A stretch of 32,000 nt of DNA from Methanocaldococcus jannaschii DSM 2661 (GTDB lineage: Archaea > AGJL01 > Methanococci > Methanococcales > Methanocaldococcaceae): the NCBI RefSeq assembly GCF_000091665.1, contig NC_000909.1:413581-445580 (forward strand). The letters run 5' to 3'. The notes beneath the pieces are model-generated. The model made no database searches and was not told where the DNA came from. It saw only the letters and a program-made list of their open reading frames with translations. The position numbers and the translations under genes are program-made. Numbering within the stretch: the stretch's first letter is position 1; each line of letters opens with the position of its first letter. Positions 1 through 11,491 of this stretch are shown one piece after another.

Positions 1-329
1 CCGGAGCTAAGGAAGTTGAAATCATCGCAGTAAGAAACTACAAAGGGGTTGCAAGAAGATTGCCAACAGCAAGAGTAGGAGATATGGTAATAGTTACAGT
101 TAAAAAAGGAACTCCTGAAATGAGAAAACAGGTTTTGCCAGCAGTTGTTATTAGACAGAGAAAAGAGATTAGAAGACCAGATGGAACAAGAGTTAAGTTT
201 GCAGATAATGCAGTTGTTATAGTAACACCAGATGGAAACCCAAAGGGTTCAGATATTAAGGGGCCTGTTGCTAAGGAAGCTGCTGAAAGATGGCCAGGTA
301 TTGCAAGAATTGCTAAGATAATCATTTAA
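1..329 (+). CDS. rpl14: Large ribosomal subunit protein uL14 (L14), 5' end truncated by window
   Basis: Open frame from window start through ...[59 protein letters not shown], typical L14; first gene of archaeal spc-like order. The ORF track start at 60 (TTG) is internal. Confidence 0.96.
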   Translation, partial: GAKEVEIIAVRNYKGVARRLPTARVGDMVIVTVKKGTPEMRKQVLPAVVIRQRKEIRRPDGTRVKFADNAVVIVTPDGNPKGSDIKGPVAKEAAERWPGIARIAKIII

Positions 330-356
330 ATTAAAAACTAATTAAGGTGAAAAAAC

Positions 357-719
357 ATGGCTTTTACAAAGTCAAAACAACCAAGAAAACAGAGAAAGGC
401 ATTATTTAACGCTCCTCTCCACTTAAGAAGAAAAGTTATGTCTGCAATGTTATCAAAGGAGTTGAAGGAGAAGTTAGGTAAAAACGCTATCCCAGTTAGA
501 AAAGGAGATGTTGTTAGAATAATGAGAGGAGATTTCAAAGGATTAGAAGGAGAAGTTATCAAAGTTGATTTAAAGAGATACAGAATATATGTTGAAGGAG
601 CAAACAACAAGAGACAAGATGGAAGAGAAGTTCCATATCCAATCCATCCATCAAATGTTATGATTATCAAGTTGTATGACAAGGATGAAAAAAGATTCAA
701 ACATATCAAAAATGAATAA
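357..719 (+). CDS. rpl24: Large ribosomal subunit protein uL24
   Basis: 120 aa, KOW-type segment [27 protein letters not shown]; GGTGA ribosome-binding site upstream; operon position. Confidence 0.96.
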   Translation: MAFTKSKQPRKQRKALFNAPLHLRRKVMSAMLSKELKEKLGKNAIPVRKGDVVRIMRGDFKGLEGEVIKVDLKRYRIYVEGANNKRQDGREVPYPIHPSNVMIIKLYDKDEKRFKHIKNE

Positions 720-728
720 GGTGAAAGG

Positions 729-1463
729 ATGGCAAAAAAAGGTCCAAAAAGACATTTAAAAAGATTGGCAGCTCCAGTTAGATGGGAGTTACCAAGAAAG
801 ATTCACAAATTCACAGTTAGACCATTACCAGGAGCACACCCAATGAGTGAGTCATTACCATTACTGTTAATCGTTAGAGACATTTTAAAGTATGCCGATA
901 ACGCAAGAGAAGCAAAGAAAATCATTAAAATGGGTAAAGTTTTAGTTGATGGAAGAGTTAGGAAGGAAGAAAAGCTTCCAGTTGGATTAATGGATGTTGT
1001 CTCATTACCAGATGCAAATGAAAATTACAGAGTTTTATTTGATAGAAAGGGAAGAATTAAATTAAAACCAACAGAAAATCCAGATGTAAAATTATGTAAA
1101 ATTAAAAACAAGACTGTTATTAAAGGAGGACACATACAGCTCAATTTACACGATGGAAGAAATATCGTTATAAAAGTTTCAGACCCTACAAAGGCAGAAG
1201 AAGATGTCTATAAAACAGGAGACACATTATTAATCTCAATCCCTGAACAAGAAATTAAAGCTCATATACCATTTGAAGTTGGTAAATTAGCATACATTAC
1301 AGGAGGAAAACACGTCGGTGATTTCGCTAAAATCGTTGAGATTGAGAGAAGAGGAATATATCCTGATATCGTTACATTAGAAAACATGGATGGAGAGAAG
1401 TTCAAAACAGTTAAAGACTATGTCTTCGTTGTTGGAGACGAAGAGCCAATAATTAAATTATAA
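729..1463 (+). CDS. rps4e: Small ribosomal subunit protein eS4
   Basis: 244 aa starting MAKKGPKRHLKRLAAPVRWELPRK, characteristic eS4 N-terminus; operon position. Confidence 0.97.
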   Translation: MAKKGPKRHLKRLAAPVRWELPRKIHKFTVRPLPGAHPMSESLPLLLIVRDILKYADNAREAKKIIKMGKVLVDGRVRKEEKLPVGLMDVVSLPDANENYRVLFDRKGRIKLKPTENPDVKLCKIKNKTVIKGGHIQLNLHDGRNIVIKVSDPTKAEEDVYKTGDTLLISIPEQEIKAHIPFEVGKLAYITGGKHVGDFAKIVEIERRGIYPDIVTLENMDGEKFKTVKDYVFVVGDEEPIIKL

Positions 1464-1485
1464 ATTAGATAGATGAGGGAGAAAC

Positions 1486-2058
1486 ATGAGCTTTGAAGAG
1501 TTATGGCAGAAGAATCCAATGCTAAAACCAAGAATTGAAAAAGTTGTTGTCAATTTCGGAGTAGGAGAGAGTGGAGATAGATTAACAAAAGGAGCTCAAG
1601 TTATTGAAGAGCTAACAGGACAAAAACCAATAAGAACAAGAGCTAAGCAAACAAACCCATCATTTGGAATTAGAAAGAAGTTACCAATTGGGTTAAAAGT
1701 CACATTAAGAGGAAAGAAGGCAGAAGAGTTTTTAAAGAATGCATTTGAAGCCTTCCAAAAAGAAGGTAAAAAATTATATGATTATTCATTTGACGATTAC
1801 GGAAACTTCTCATTTGGTATTCATGAGCATATAGACTTCCCTGGACAAAAATACGACCCAATGATTGGTATCTTTGGGATGGACGTCTGTGTTACCTTAG
1901 AGAGACCTGGATTTAGAGTTAAGAGAAGAAAAAGATGCAGAGCTAAGATTCCAAGAAGACATAGATTAACAAGAGAAGAGGCAATTGAATTTATAGAAAA
2001 AACATTTGGAGTTAAAGTTGAAAGAGTCTTGTTAGAGGAGGAAGAAGAAACACAATAA
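1486..2058 (+). CDS. rpl5: Large ribosomal subunit protein uL5
   Basis: [50 protein letters not shown] matches archaeal L5. Confidence 0.96.
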   Translation: MSFEELWQKNPMLKPRIEKVVVNFGVGESGDRLTKGAQVIEELTGQKPIRTRAKQTNPSFGIRKKLPIGLKVTLRGKKAEEFLKNAFEAFQKEGKKLYDYSFDDYGNFSFGIHEHIDFPGQKYDPMIGIFGMDVCVTLERPGFRVKRRKRCRAKIPRRHRLTREEAIEFIEKTFGVKVERVLLEEEEETQ

Positions 2059-2071
2059 AAAGGTGATGTAG

Positions 2072-2233
2072 ATGGCAAAAAAACCATGGAAAAAGAAATA
2101 TGGTTATGGAATTAGACCATGCCAAAGATGTGGGCATGTAGGTCCAGGTTTAATCAGAAAGTATGGATTAAATCTCTGCAGACAGTGCTTTAGGGAAATA
2201 GCTCACAAGTTAGGATTTAAAAAATTAGATTAA
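2072..2233 (+). CDS. rps14: Small ribosomal subunit protein uS14, zinc-binding form (53 aa)
   Basis: My translation: [53 protein letters not shown]; two CxxC motifs; GGTGAT upstream; lies between L5 and S8 as in other archaeal spc operons. Absent from supplied ORF track. Confidence 0.97.
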   Translation: MAKKPWKKKYGYGIRPCQRCGHVGPGLIRKYGLNLCRQCFREIAHKLGFKKLD

Positions 2234-2275
2234 ACCAAAACACTCTTTACTAAAAATTCTTAATGGAGGGAAAAC

Positions 2276-2668
2276 ATGAGTTTAATGGACCCACTAGCAA
2301 ACGCATTAAACCATATCTCTAACTGTGAGAGAGTGGGTAAAAAGGTAGTGTATATAAAACCAGCCTCTAAGTTAATTGGAAGGGTTTTAAAAGTTATGCA
2401 AGATAACGGCTACATAGGAGAGTTTGAATTTATAGAAGATGGTAGAGCTGGAATATTTAAAGTTGAGTTAATAGGGAAGATAAACAAGTGTGGAGCAATA
2501 AAACCAAGATTCCCAGTTAAAAAATTTGGCTATGAGAAATTTGAAAAGAGATACTTACCAGCAAGAGACTTTGGTATATTGATTGTTTCAACAACACAGG
2601 GAGTTATGAGCCACGAAGAAGCTAAAAAGAGAGGCTTAGGAGGAAGGTTGTTAGCTTATGTCTATTAA
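2276..2668 (+). CDS. rps8: Small ribosomal subunit protein uS8
   Basis: 130 aa [23 protein letters not shown]...[19 protein letters not shown]. Confidence 0.97.
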
Positions 2669-2706
2669 ACACGTTCTAAATTAAATTTAAATTTTGAGGT
2701 GAGTTT

Positions 2707-3255
2707 ATGCCAGTTGCCGCCTATATTGAGGAAAGGGTAAAAATCCCTGAAAATGTTCAAGTTGAGATAAACAATAATGAAGTTGTTGTAAAAAGTGGAG
2801 GAAAAGAGTTAAGAAGAAGATTTGAGCATCCAAAAATTGTAATTAAAAAAGAAGGAGATGAAATAGTTATCTTCTGTGAATATCCAAGAAGAAAAGACAA
2901 GGCCATGGTTGGGACTATAAGGGCACATATAAACAATATGATTAAAGGAGTTACTGAAGGATTTACATACAAATTAAAGATTAGGTATGCACACTTCCCA
3001 ATGAAAGTTAGCGTTAAAGGTAATGAAGTTATCATTGAAAACTTCTTAGGGGAGAAACACCCAAGAAGAGCAAGAATTATGGAAGGAGTTACCGTTAAGA
3101 TTAGTGGAGAGGATGTCATAGTTACAGGAATTGACAAGGAAAAAGTTGGACAAACTGCTGCTAACATAGAGCAGGCAACAAGAATTAAAGGAAGAGACCC
3201 AAGAGTCTTCCAGGATGGAATTTACATTGTAGAGAAAGCTGGAAAAGCTATCTAA
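2707..3255 (+). CDS. rpl6: Large ribosomal subunit protein uL6
   Basis: 182 aa; [27 protein letters not shown] and [13 protein letters not shown] are L6 signatures. Confidence 0.97.
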   Translation: MPVAAYIEERVKIPENVQVEINNNEVVVKSGGKELRRRFEHPKIVIKKEGDEIVIFCEYPRRKDKAMVGTIRAHINNMIKGVTEGFTYKLKIRYAHFPMKVSVKGNEVIIENFLGEKHPRRARIMEGVTVKISGEDVIVTGIDKEKVGQTAANIEQATRIKGRDPRVFQDGIYIVEKAGKAI

Positions 3256-3277
3256 AAAATTTAGTTGAGGGAGAGTT

Positions 3278-3718
3278 ATGAACAGGCTGTTAAGATTAAG
3301 ATTTAAATTAAAAATGAAAAAGCCTGACTTTATAAGGCAAGAAGCTCACAGACACAAAAGGTTGGGAGAGAAGTGGAGAAGACCAAAAGGAAGACACAGT
3401 AAGATGAGATTAAAGTGGAAGGAAAAACCTCCAGTTGTTGAGATTGGTTACAGAAGCCCTAAGGCAGTAAGAGGCTTACACCCAAGTGGATTGGAGGATG
3501 TTTTGGTTTATAATGTAAAAGATTTAGAGAAATTAAATCCAGAAACACAGGGAGCAAGAATAGCTTCAACAGTTGGTAAAAGAAAGAAAATTGAAATTAT
3601 CATAAGAGCAAGAGAGTTAGGAATAAGAATCTTAAACATATCAGAAGAGAAACAGGAAGAGTTGTTAAAATTAGCTGAAAAACAGGAAGCTCAAGAAGTT
3701 AATGAAACTAACGAATAA
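3278..3718 (+). CDS. rpl32e: Large ribosomal subunit protein eL32
   Basis: [45 protein letters not shown] is characteristic of eL32. Confidence 0.96.
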   Translation: MNRLLRLRFKLKMKKPDFIRQEAHRHKRLGEKWRRPKGRHSKMRLKWKEKPPVVEIGYRSPKAVRGLHPSGLEDVLVYNVKDLEKLNPETQGARIASTVGKRKKIEIIIRARELGIRILNISEEKQEELLKLAEKQEAQEVNETNE

Positions 3719-3775
3719 ATTATTTTCAATCCCTCACTCTTTAAGATAAATCTGCTTTTGTTATAGGTGATAATT

Positions 3776-4222
3776 ATGGATGTATCCGTTCAAAGAAGAA
3801 TGGCGGCTGAGATATTAAAATGTGGAATAGAGAGGGTTTGGATTGACCCAACTCAATTAGATAGAGTCAAAATGGCAATGTCAAAAGATGATATAAGAGC
3901 TCTAATTAAAGAAGGAGTTATTAAGAAAAAGCAGAAGAAAGGAATTAGCAGTGCGAGAGTTAAAAAGTTGAAAGAGCAGAGAAAAAAGGGTAGAAGAAGA
4001 GGTCCAGGTTCAAGAAGAGGAGCTGCTGGTGCAAGAACTCCACCAAAAGAAAGATGGATGGCTACAATTAGAGCTTTAAGAAAAACTCTTAAACAGTTGA
4101 GAGATTCTGGAAAAATTGATAGAAAAGTTTATAGAAAACTTTACAGAATGGCAAAAGGAGGAGCATTTAGAAGTAGAAGCCACCTCTTCCTTTACATGAG
4201 AGAACACGAACTCTTAAAATAA
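3776..4222 (+). CDS. rpl19e: Large ribosomal subunit protein eL19
   Basis: MDVSVQRRMAAEILKCGIERVWIDP...; start set to ATG 3776 because GGTGAT just upstream is the likely ribosome-binding site and the track start GTG 3767 overlaps it. Confidence 0.95.
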   Translation: MDVSVQRRMAAEILKCGIERVWIDPTQLDRVKMAMSKDDIRALIKEGVIKKKQKKGISSARVKKLKEQRKKGRRRGPGSRRGAAGARTPPKERWMATIRALRKTLKQLRDSGKIDRKVYRKLYRMAKGGAFRSRSHLFLYMREHELLK

Positions 4223-4254
4223 TTAAACAATTTTTATCAGGAAGGTGAGAAATT

Positions 4255-4842
4255 ATGGCAACAGGTCCAACTTATAGGGTTAAGTTTAGAAGAAGAAGAG
4301 AAGCAAAAACTGACTACAGAAAAAGATTAAAATTATTATTATCAAGAAAACCAAGATTAGTAGCAAGAAGAACTTTGAATCACTGCATTGCTCAAATTGT
4401 ATTGTATGATGAGAAGGGAGATAAAACAGTTGTTTCAGCTCATTCAAGAGAGTTGATTAAATTGGGTTATAAGGGGCATACAGGAAACTTGCCATCAGCA
4501 TACTTAACAGGTTACTTATTAGGTAAGAAAGCTTTAGCCAAAGGTTACACTGAAGCAGTTTTAGATATTGGATTGCACAGAGCTACAAAAGGTAATGCAA
4601 TATTTGCAATATTAAAAGGAGCTTTAGATGCGGGTATGGAAATTCCACACGGAGAAGAAATATTACCATCAGAAGAAAGGATAAGAGGGGAACACATAAA
4701 GGCTTATGCCGAAATGTTAAAAGAACAGGATGAAGAAAGATACAAGAAACAGTTCTCAAAATATTTGGAGAAGGGATTAGAACCAGAAAAATTGCCAGAA
4801 CACTTTGAAGAAATAAAGGCAAAAATAGACAGTATGTTCTAA
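4255..4842 (+). CDS. rpl18: Large ribosomal subunit protein uL18
   Basis: 195 aa; [43 protein letters not shown]. Confidence 0.97.
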   Translation: MATGPTYRVKFRRRREAKTDYRKRLKLLLSRKPRLVARRTLNHCIAQIVLYDEKGDKTVVSAHSRELIKLGYKGHTGNLPSAYLTGYLLGKKALAKGYTEAVLDIGLHRATKGNAIFAILKGALDAGMEIPHGEEILPSEERIRGEHIKAYAEMLKEQDEERYKKQFSKYLEKGLEPEKLPEHFEEIKAKIDSMF

Positions 4843-4852
4843 AGGTGAGATT

Positions 4853-5506
4853 ATGAGATTTAATATAGATGAGTGGGAACCAAAAACCACTATTGGAAGA
4901 ATGGTTAAGGAAGGGCAGATAACTGATATTGATTACATTTTAGATAACAATCTGCCAATCTTAGAGCCTGAGATTGTCGATGCTTTATTACCAGATTTAG
5001 AAGAGAAAGTTTTAGATGTTAAGTTAGTCCAGAGAATGCACAAGTCAGGGAGAAGAGCAAGATTTAGAGCTACAGTTGTTGTAGGAAACAGAAATGGTTA
5101 TGTTGGTGTTGGAAAAGGTAAAGCTAAAGAAGTTGGGCCAGCAATTAGAAAGGCAATAGCTCAGGCAAAGAAAAACATTATTAGAGTTAAGAGAGGTTGC
5201 GGTTCTTGGGAGTGTGGTTGTGGAACACCTCACTCAATCCCATACAAGGGTTATGGGAAGTGTGGAAGTACTGCAATAGAGATATTACCAGCTCCAAAAG
5301 GGGTTGGTTTAGTTGCTGGGGATGTTGCTAAGGCAGTTTTAGGTTTAGCAGGAATTAAAGATGTTTGGACAAAGACATTTGGAGAGACAAGAACAACTTA
5401 CAACTTCGCAATGGCTACATTTGAAGCATTAAAGAGCTTGAACTTTACAAGAACTATGGAAAAACACAAAGAGAAGTTGGGAATTGTTGAAGGAAGAGTC
5501 TTATAA
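4853..5506 (+). CDS. rps5: Small ribosomal subunit protein uS5
   Basis: 217 aa; [32 protein letters not shown] signature. Confidence 0.97.
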   Translation: MRFNIDEWEPKTTIGRMVKEGQITDIDYILDNNLPILEPEIVDALLPDLEEKVLDVKLVQRMHKSGRRARFRATVVVGNRNGYVGVGKGKAKEVGPAIRKAIAQAKKNIIRVKRGCGSWECGCGTPHSIPYKGYGKCGSTAIEILPAPKGVGLVAGDVAKAVLGLAGIKDVWTKTFGETRTTYNFAMATFEALKSLNFTRTMEKHKEKLGIVEGRVL

Positions 5507-5571
5507 ATTAAATTTTTCTCATTTAAAACCAAGTGGCTATTTTAAAACTTTTATTTTAATAAGGTGATAAT

Positions 5572-6036
5572 ATGGCTTATGCTGTCATTAGGATAAGAGG
5601 GAGAGTTGGTGTAAGGAGAGATATAGCAGATACACTGAAAATGTTGAGATTGCACAAAGTAAATCACTGTGTAATAATTCCAGAAACAGAAACATTTAAA
5701 GGAATGTTACAAAAAGTTAAAGACTACGTGACATGGGGAGAAATTGATAAAGATACATTGGTTAAATTAATTTTAAAGAGAGGAAGATTACCAGGAAATA
5801 AAAAAGTTAATCCAGAAATCATAAAGGAGCTTACAGGAATGGATGTTGAAGAATTGGCAGAAAAGATTATAAATGGAGAAATTAAATTAAAAGAAACTCC
5901 ATTAAAACCTGTATTCAGATTACACCCTCCAAGAAAAGGATTTGAAAGAGGAGGTATTAAAAAACCATTCAGTGTTGGAGGAGCTTTAGGTTACAGAGGA
6001 GAGAAGATTAATGAGTTATTAGAAAAGATGATGTAA
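5572..6036 (+). CDS. rpl30: Large ribosomal subunit protein uL30
   Basis: 154 aa; [37 protein letters not shown]. Confidence 0.96.
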   Translation: MAYAVIRIRGRVGVRRDIADTLKMLRLHKVNHCVIIPETETFKGMLQKVKDYVTWGEIDKDTLVKLILKRGRLPGNKKVNPEIIKELTGMDVEELAEKIINGEIKLKETPLKPVFRLHPPRKGFERGGIKKPFSVGGALGYRGEKINELLEKMM

Positions 6037-6047
6037 GGTGATGATTT

Positions 6048-6479
6048 ATGATTAGAAAAAAGAAAAAAGTTAAAAAAATTAGAGGTTCAAGAACCTGTGG
6101 AGGAGGAAGCCACAAGAAGAGAAGAGGGGCTGGAAACAAGGGAGGAAGAGGAATGGCTGGTGGGCATAAGCACAAATGGACGTGGATTATAAAATACTGC
6201 CCTGATTACTTTGGAAAGTATGGATTCAAGAGACACCCAAGCTTAGTTAAAAGATTAGAAACAATAAATGTTGGAGAGCTTGAAGAGATTGTATTAAAAA
6301 ACCCAGATAAATTTGAAAAAGAAGATGATAAATTTGTTGTTGATGTAATTGAGTTAGGTTATGAGAAAGTTTTAGGTAAAGGAAAAGTTACAATCCCAAT
6401 GATTGTTAAAGCAGTTGAAGTTTCAGAGAAAGCAAGAGAGAAGATTGAGGCAGTAGGTGGAGAGGTTGTTGAACTCTAA
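6048..6479 (+). CDS. rpl15: Large ribosomal subunit protein uL15
   Basis: 143 aa; KKVKKIRGSRTCGGGSHKKRRGAGNKGGRGMAGGHKHKW. Confidence 0.97.
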   Translation: MIRKKKKVKKIRGSRTCGGGSHKKRRGAGNKGGRGMAGGHKHKWTWIIKYCPDYFGKYGFKRHPSLVKRLETINVGELEEIVLKNPDKFEKEDDKFVVDVIELGYEKVLGKGKVTIPMIVKAVEVSEKAREKIEAVGGEVVEL

Positions 6480-6780
6480 ATTATTAACAATCTTCTTTTT
6501 ATTTCTAATTTTTGATTTTGAAGTAAATAAATTTTTAGATGAGAATGGAGTATCTATTTTTTTACAAAAAAATAAAGATATTAAAAATTTAAAGAGTAAC
6601 TTAAAAGGAATTTACAAAATGTTGGCTGATTTTTGCACTCAATATATTCTCCATTTTTCTATTTTATTTCATTTTTAGTTCATTATGGGATTAAATTTCA
6701 CTAAAAATTTATACTCCTAATTACAAAAATTATCAGTAATATAAAACATAAATCTTAAAATCTTAAAAAAAGGTGGTACC

Positions 6781-8103
6781 TTGGAAAACATCATGAAAAA
6801 GTTAATTCCAATATTAGAAAAAATTCCAGAGGTTGAATTGCCAGTTAAGGAGATAACATTTAAAGAGAAACTTAAATGGACGGGAATAGTTTTGGTTCTT
6901 TATTTCATTATGGGATGTATTGATGTTTATACAGCAGGAGCTCAAATTCCAGCGATATTTGAGTTTTGGCAGACAATTACAGCATCAAGAATTGGAACGC
7001 TTATAACCTTGGGGATTGGACCCATAGTTACAGCTGGAATTATTATGCAGTTATTGGTTGGTTCAGGAATTATCCAAATGGACTTATCAATTCCAGAAAA
7101 TAGGGCTTTGTTTCAAGGATGTCAGAAGCTTTTATCTATAATAATGTGTTTTGTTGAAGCAGTTCTATTCGTTGGGGCTGGTGCATTTGGAATTTTAACA
7201 CCATTGTTAGCATTTTTAGTAATTATTCAAATAGCCTTTGGTTCAATAATATTAATTTATTTGGATGAAATTGTTTCAAAGTATGGTATTGGTTCAGGTA
7301 TTGGGTTGTTTATTGCTGCAGGAGTTTCACAAACAATATTTGTTGGAGCATTAGGTCCAGAGGGATATTTATGGAAGTTTTTAAATTCATTAATTCAAGG
7401 AGTTCCAAATATTGAATATATAGCCCCAATAATTGGGACAATAATCGTCTTCTTAATGGTAGTTTATGCTGAATGTATGAGGGTGGAAATCCCATTAGCT
7501 CATGGGAGAATTAAAGGAGCTGTTGGAAAATACCCAATAAAGTTTGTTTATGTCTCAAATATCCCAGTTATATTAGCAGCTGCGTTATTTGCAAATATAC
7601 AACTTTGGGGTTTGGCGTTATATAGAATGGGAATTCCGATACTTGGACATTATGAAGGTGGAAGGGCGGTAGATGGAATTGCCTATTACCTTTCAACTCC
7701 TTATGGTTTATCAAGTGTGATTTCAGACCCGATACATGCAATAGTATATATGATAGCAATGATAATTACTTGTGTTATGTTTGGTATATTTTGGGTAGAA
7801 ACGACTGGATTAGACCCAAAAAGTATGGCTAAAAGAATTGGTTCATTAGGTATGGCAATTAAAGGATTTAGAAAGAGTGAAAAAGCAATAGAGCATAGAT
7901 TAAAAAGATATATTCCTCCACTAACAGTTATGAGCTCCGCATTCGTTGGATTTTTGGCTACAATAGCCAATTTCATTGGAGCTTTAGGAGGAGGAACAGG
8001 GGTTTTATTAACCGTCTCTATTGTATATAGAATGTATGAACAACTCTTAAGAGAGAAGGTGAGTGAGTTGCACCCAGCAATAGCAAAATTATTAAATAAG
8101 TAA
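6781..8103 (+). CDS. secY: Preprotein translocase subunit SecY (Sec61 alpha homolog)
   Basis: Multi-pass membrane protein; YTAGAQIPAIFEFWQTITASRIGTLITLGIGPIVTAGIIMQLL and QEL-type archaeal SecY features; next to uL15 as expected. Start TTG 6781 or ATG 6793 unresolved. Confidence 0.97.
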   Translation: MENIMKKLIPILEKIPEVELPVKEITFKEKLKWTGIVLVLYFIMGCIDVYTAGAQIPAIFEFWQTITASRIGTLITLGIGPIVTAGIIMQLLVGSGIIQMDLSIPENRALFQGCQKLLSIIMCFVEAVLFVGAGAFGILTPLLAFLVIIQIAFGSIILIYLDEIVSKYGIGSGIGLFIAAGVSQTIFVGALGPEGYLWKFLNSLIQGVPNIEYIAPIIGTIIVFLMVVYAECMRVEIPLAHGRIKGAVGKYPIKFVYVSNIPVILAAALFANIQLWGLALYRMGIPILGHYEGGRAVDGIAYYLSTPYGLSSVISDPIHAIVYMIAMIITCVMFGIFWVETTGLDPKSMAKRIGSLGMAIKGFRKSEKAIEHRLKRYIPPLTVMSSAFVGFLATIANFIGALGGGTGVLLTVSIVYRMYEQLLREKVSELHPAIAKLLNK

Positions 8104-8110
8104 AGTCATT

Positions 8111-8216
8111 GAATAGAACTTTCGCAGAAGTAAATATTTCATTGAACAATGATGCCCTTTAAGCATCCATATTTCTCAATATATTCTAAAAAATATATAA
8201 ACTGCGAAAGTTCTAT
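8111..8216. repeat. Nested-palindrome element A (106 bp) with perfect 16-bp terminal inverted repeats
   Basis: AATAGAACTTTCGCAG (8111-8126) / CTGCGAAAGTTCTATT (8201-8216); small near-central hairpin GATGC-CCTTTAA-GCATC (8150-8166). Confidence 0.8.
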
Positions 8217-8227
8217 TGAAATTCTAA

Positions 8228-8833
<606 letters not shown>

Positions 8834-8886
8834 TCCTTATATAATATTTTAAAATAATTTTTAAATAACCACATTAAGGTGAGTTA

Positions 8887-9483
8887 ATGTTTGGTTCTAT
8901 ATTTGACATATATTATAAAACCTTGGATGCAATTTTCATGCCTATAATAAAAGTTCTACATCCCGCTTTAGCAATTTTAATTATTGCAATAATTGTCTCT
9001 TTAATCATAAATATAGCTACAAAACTTTTAGTTGACCAGAAGAGAGTTGCTGAACTAAAAAAGGAGATTCAGGAATTTCAGGTTAAATTTAAAAAAATGT
9101 CTAAAAATCCTGAAATGATGGAAAAACTTCAAGAAGAACAACAGAGAATTATGCAACTCAACGCTGAATTAATGAAGATGAGTTTTAGGCCGATGATATA
9201 TACATGGGTTCCAATAATTTTAATATTTATTTATTTGAGGCATGTTTATGGGTTTGGTGGAGTTTATCAAGAGTTAAATCCTGGTTGGAATGGAGTTGTT
9301 GTGTATCTACCTATAATATTGTCAAAGATTTTGTTTATTGATTTCTGGCACTGGCTTGGTTCAATATTTTATAAAGGAGGATTTAAAATAGTTTCTAACA
9401 CTGCCTTAGGTTGGTTAGGTTGGTATATTCTCTGTTCATTCGCAACATCTACTGTATTGAGAAAGATACTTGGAATAAAATAA
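8887..9483 (+). CDS. DUF106 (EMC3/TMCO1, Oxa1/YidC-superfamily) membrane protein
   Basis: 198 aa; hydrophobic N-terminal helix, coiled-coil [49 protein letters not shown], then further transmembrane helices; located next to secY as in many archaea. Confidence 0.85.
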
Positions 9484-9487
9484 ATGA

Positions 9488-10069
9488 TTAAGGTTCTTCT
9501 CTATTTTCAGTTTCTTCTTTATCTTTCTGTTTTTCCTCAACTTTTAAAAATTTATTTTTCTTCTTTTTCTCTAATTTTTCTCTATCTAATTGGAATTCCT
9601 CTCCAATTTTAATTACATAATCAGCAATATTCTGTAAAGCCGTTGAAAAACCAGGCTCAGCTCCAATAACTATAACCTTTTTTCCCCTTTCTTTTGCCTT
9701 TCTAATTGCTGGAAGAAAGTCAGCATCTCTTGTTACATAGGCAATGGTGTCAATATTTGGATTAAACACGAGCTCAGTGGCATCTACAGCCATTTCAACA
9801 TCCACATCTCCAGCAGATATCTTTGGTTCAAAACCTTGGTTTATAACGGCCTCTATTAATTTATCTGATGCATATTGGTTCAAATAAACCCTGCCAATAA
9901 CAATATCGCCAAATTCACTTAAAACCTCTCTAATTTTATCTAAATCAATGTTAAATTCTTTTCTAAGCATGTTTGGTCCATCAATTAACAATGCAATTCT
10001 ATGCTCCCCCTTTCTTTTTCTCGCCTTTTCATAAATTTTACTTGTTAAGCTTTCCAATTTCTTCCACAT
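9488..10069 (-). CDS. NYN (PIN-like) domain protein, probable RNA-processing nuclease-fold protein
   Basis: [27 protein letters not shown]...[47 protein letters not shown]. Start ATG 10069 preferred over track start 10210: GTTGGTGAAATTATG context, and the 47-aa extension is non-family AT-rich translation. Confidence 0.85.
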   Translation of the reverse strand: MWKKLESLTSKIYEKARKRKGEHRIALLIDGPNMLRKEFNIDLDKIREVLSEFGDIVIGRVYLNQYASDKLIEAVINQGFEPKISAGDVDVEMAVDATELVFNPNIDTIAYVTRDADFLPAIRKAKERGKKVIVIGAEPGFSTALQNIADYVIKIGEEFQLDREKLEKKKKNKFLKVEEKQKDKEETENREEP

Positions 10070-10208
10070 AATTTCACCAACATTGAGTAATAAAAAATAA
10101 TTAACTAACACTGTTAACCGAAACGGAATATATTTATAATATATGTGGCAAGATGATAATTTATATAATATAATTAAATAACAATAAATAACTTTATGAG
10201 GTGATTTC

Positions 10209-10505
10209 ATGTATAATTGTCCATACTGTGGAAAAGATTGTGTAAATGAAGCTGCAGTTAATATTTACTTAAAGATGGTTGAAAAATTCTTTAAATATCA
10301 AAATAAAGGGAGTGATATAACTTTTGAAAAATATCCAACAGTTGGAGAGGTTGGAGAGTGTAAAGAGACAGGAGGAAGGATATATCTCTGCCCTTACTGT
10401 AAAAAACCATTTAAAGCTTATTATGAAAAGGACAAGGTTGTTATAACATGTCCAAATTGTGGTGAAACTCTCTGCTTACCAGCAACAAATAGGACATTCT
10501 GTTAA
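10209..10505 (+). CDS. Small zinc-ribbon protein with three CxxC motifs
   Basis: [11 protein letters not shown]...[12 protein letters not shown]...[15 protein letters not shown]; GGTGATTTCATG start context. Confidence 0.8.
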   Translation: MYNCPYCGKDCVNEAAVNIYLKMVEKFFKYQNKGSDITFEKYPTVGEVGECKETGGRIYLCPYCKKPFKAYYEKDKVVITCPNCGETLCLPATNRTFC

Positions 10506-10519
10506 TAGATAATAAAATT

Positions 10520-11491
10520 TTAGAAATCATCCTCCTTAATTTCATCAAACTTATATTTAAAGCTATTTTTCAAGAAAAGTTTAAATTCTTCTGGAGTGTA
10601 AATTGGTTTTTTGTATAAGATATAATCGTCTAAAACGATTCTTGGACATGCAACTATAATATAGCAATCAACATCATAGAATAAAATATCTGGAGAAATA
10701 TTATCAACTAATATTGGGAGGTAATTAACATCGTTTTCTTCTAACAGTTTTATAATCTCATCAAAAACCCTCTTCCTACACTGTCCTTTTTTTGTTGATA
10801 AAACAACACCAACCTTTTTTGGTTTGTTTAATAATAGTTTAGATATTGCTAAAATTCTCTTTTTTATAAACTTATTAATCTCTTCTTCAGATATCTTGTC
10901 AAAGCACTTAGAGAGAGGATTGTATATAAAAACCTCCTTTTGATATTTATAAGCAATCATTAAAGGATGAAATCTTCCGGTTCCAACAAATAATATAACA
11001 TCCCCTTCTTTAACTTCTCCTCTACAACCTAAGATTATACTTGGATTAAAATCTTTTAAAAGTTTTTTATATTGGATGGTTGTTGCTATAGCAACTTTTT
11101 TTCCTCCACTTTTATGTTTTTCTATAAAGTTTTTTATATCATTTAAGATTTTTTCCTCTTCATCTTTATTGAATATGTGATATGCGGGAATGAAGAGGGT
11201 TTTAATCTCTGGATTTGCATAGCTAAGTTTTTCGTGTCCATAGTGTATGATTAAATCAACATTTAGGTTTTTAACATGGTTGTCTATTAAATCACATGCA
11301 CCGAAGCAAGTATTTCCCCATAGGTAAATCTCAATGTTTATATTTTTTTGTTTAAAATATTGCTTAATTTTTTCAATCTCTTTTTCAACTTTCAGCTTTA
11401 AACCTTCTGGAGCTTGAAAAATAACTTTTGGATTGTTTTTATTTAAATTTTCAATTTCTCTTATAACTCTTTCTGTTTCTAAGTTGAACAA
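10520..11491 (-). CDS. dph2: Dph2 family diphthamide synthase (2-(3-amino-3-carboxypropyl)histidine synthase)
   Basis: Dph2-like conserved regions VIFQAPEGLK, YLWGNTCFGACDLID, LIIHYGHEKL, GTGRFHPL, VACPRIVLDD. Start TTG 11491 inferred from GGTGACTACTTTG; the track start is 11542. Confidence 0.88.
   Translation of the reverse strand: MFNLETERVIREIENLNKNNPKVIFQAPEGLKLKVEKEIEKIKQYFKQKNINIEIYLWGNTCFGACDLIDNHVKNLNVDLIIHYGHEKLSYANPEIKTLFIPAYHIFNKDEEEKILNDIKNFIEKHKSGGKKVAIATTIQYKKLLKDFNPSIILGCRGEVKEGDVILFVGTGRFHPLMIAYKYQKEVFIYNPLSKCFDKISEEEINKFIKKRILAISKLLLNKPKKVGVVLSTKKGQCRKRVFDEIIKLLEENDVNYLPILVDNISPDILFYDVDCYIIVACPRIVLDDYILYKKPIYTPEEFKLFLKNSFKYKFDEIKEDDF

Noticed and set aside
338-709. Long minus-strand ORFs opposite ribosomal protein genes (e.g. 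338-709, 1821-2087, 2757-3167, 4583-4822, 5045-5233)
   Set aside because: All lie antisense to strongly supported ribosomal protein genes, give low-complexity Ser/Leu/Phe-rich translations and resemble no family; typical shadow ORFs in AT-rich genomes.
6457-6678. 73-aa ORF overlapping the end of rpl15
   Set aside because: Starts inside rpl15 in another frame, Lys/Phe/Ile-rich low-complexity translation, no ribosome-binding site.
7310-7976. Minus-strand ORFs inside secY, and similar antisense ORFs inside cobQ, pheS, nadC, selB, leuC, aroA and aksA
   Set aside because: Fully contained in well-supported CDSs, without ribosome-binding sites or recognisable domains.
10070-10210. 47-aa N-terminal extension of the NYN-domain ORF up to 10210
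   Set aside because: It would overlap the neighbouring gene start, spans the divergent promoter region, and a good GGTGA-ATG start exists at 10069.
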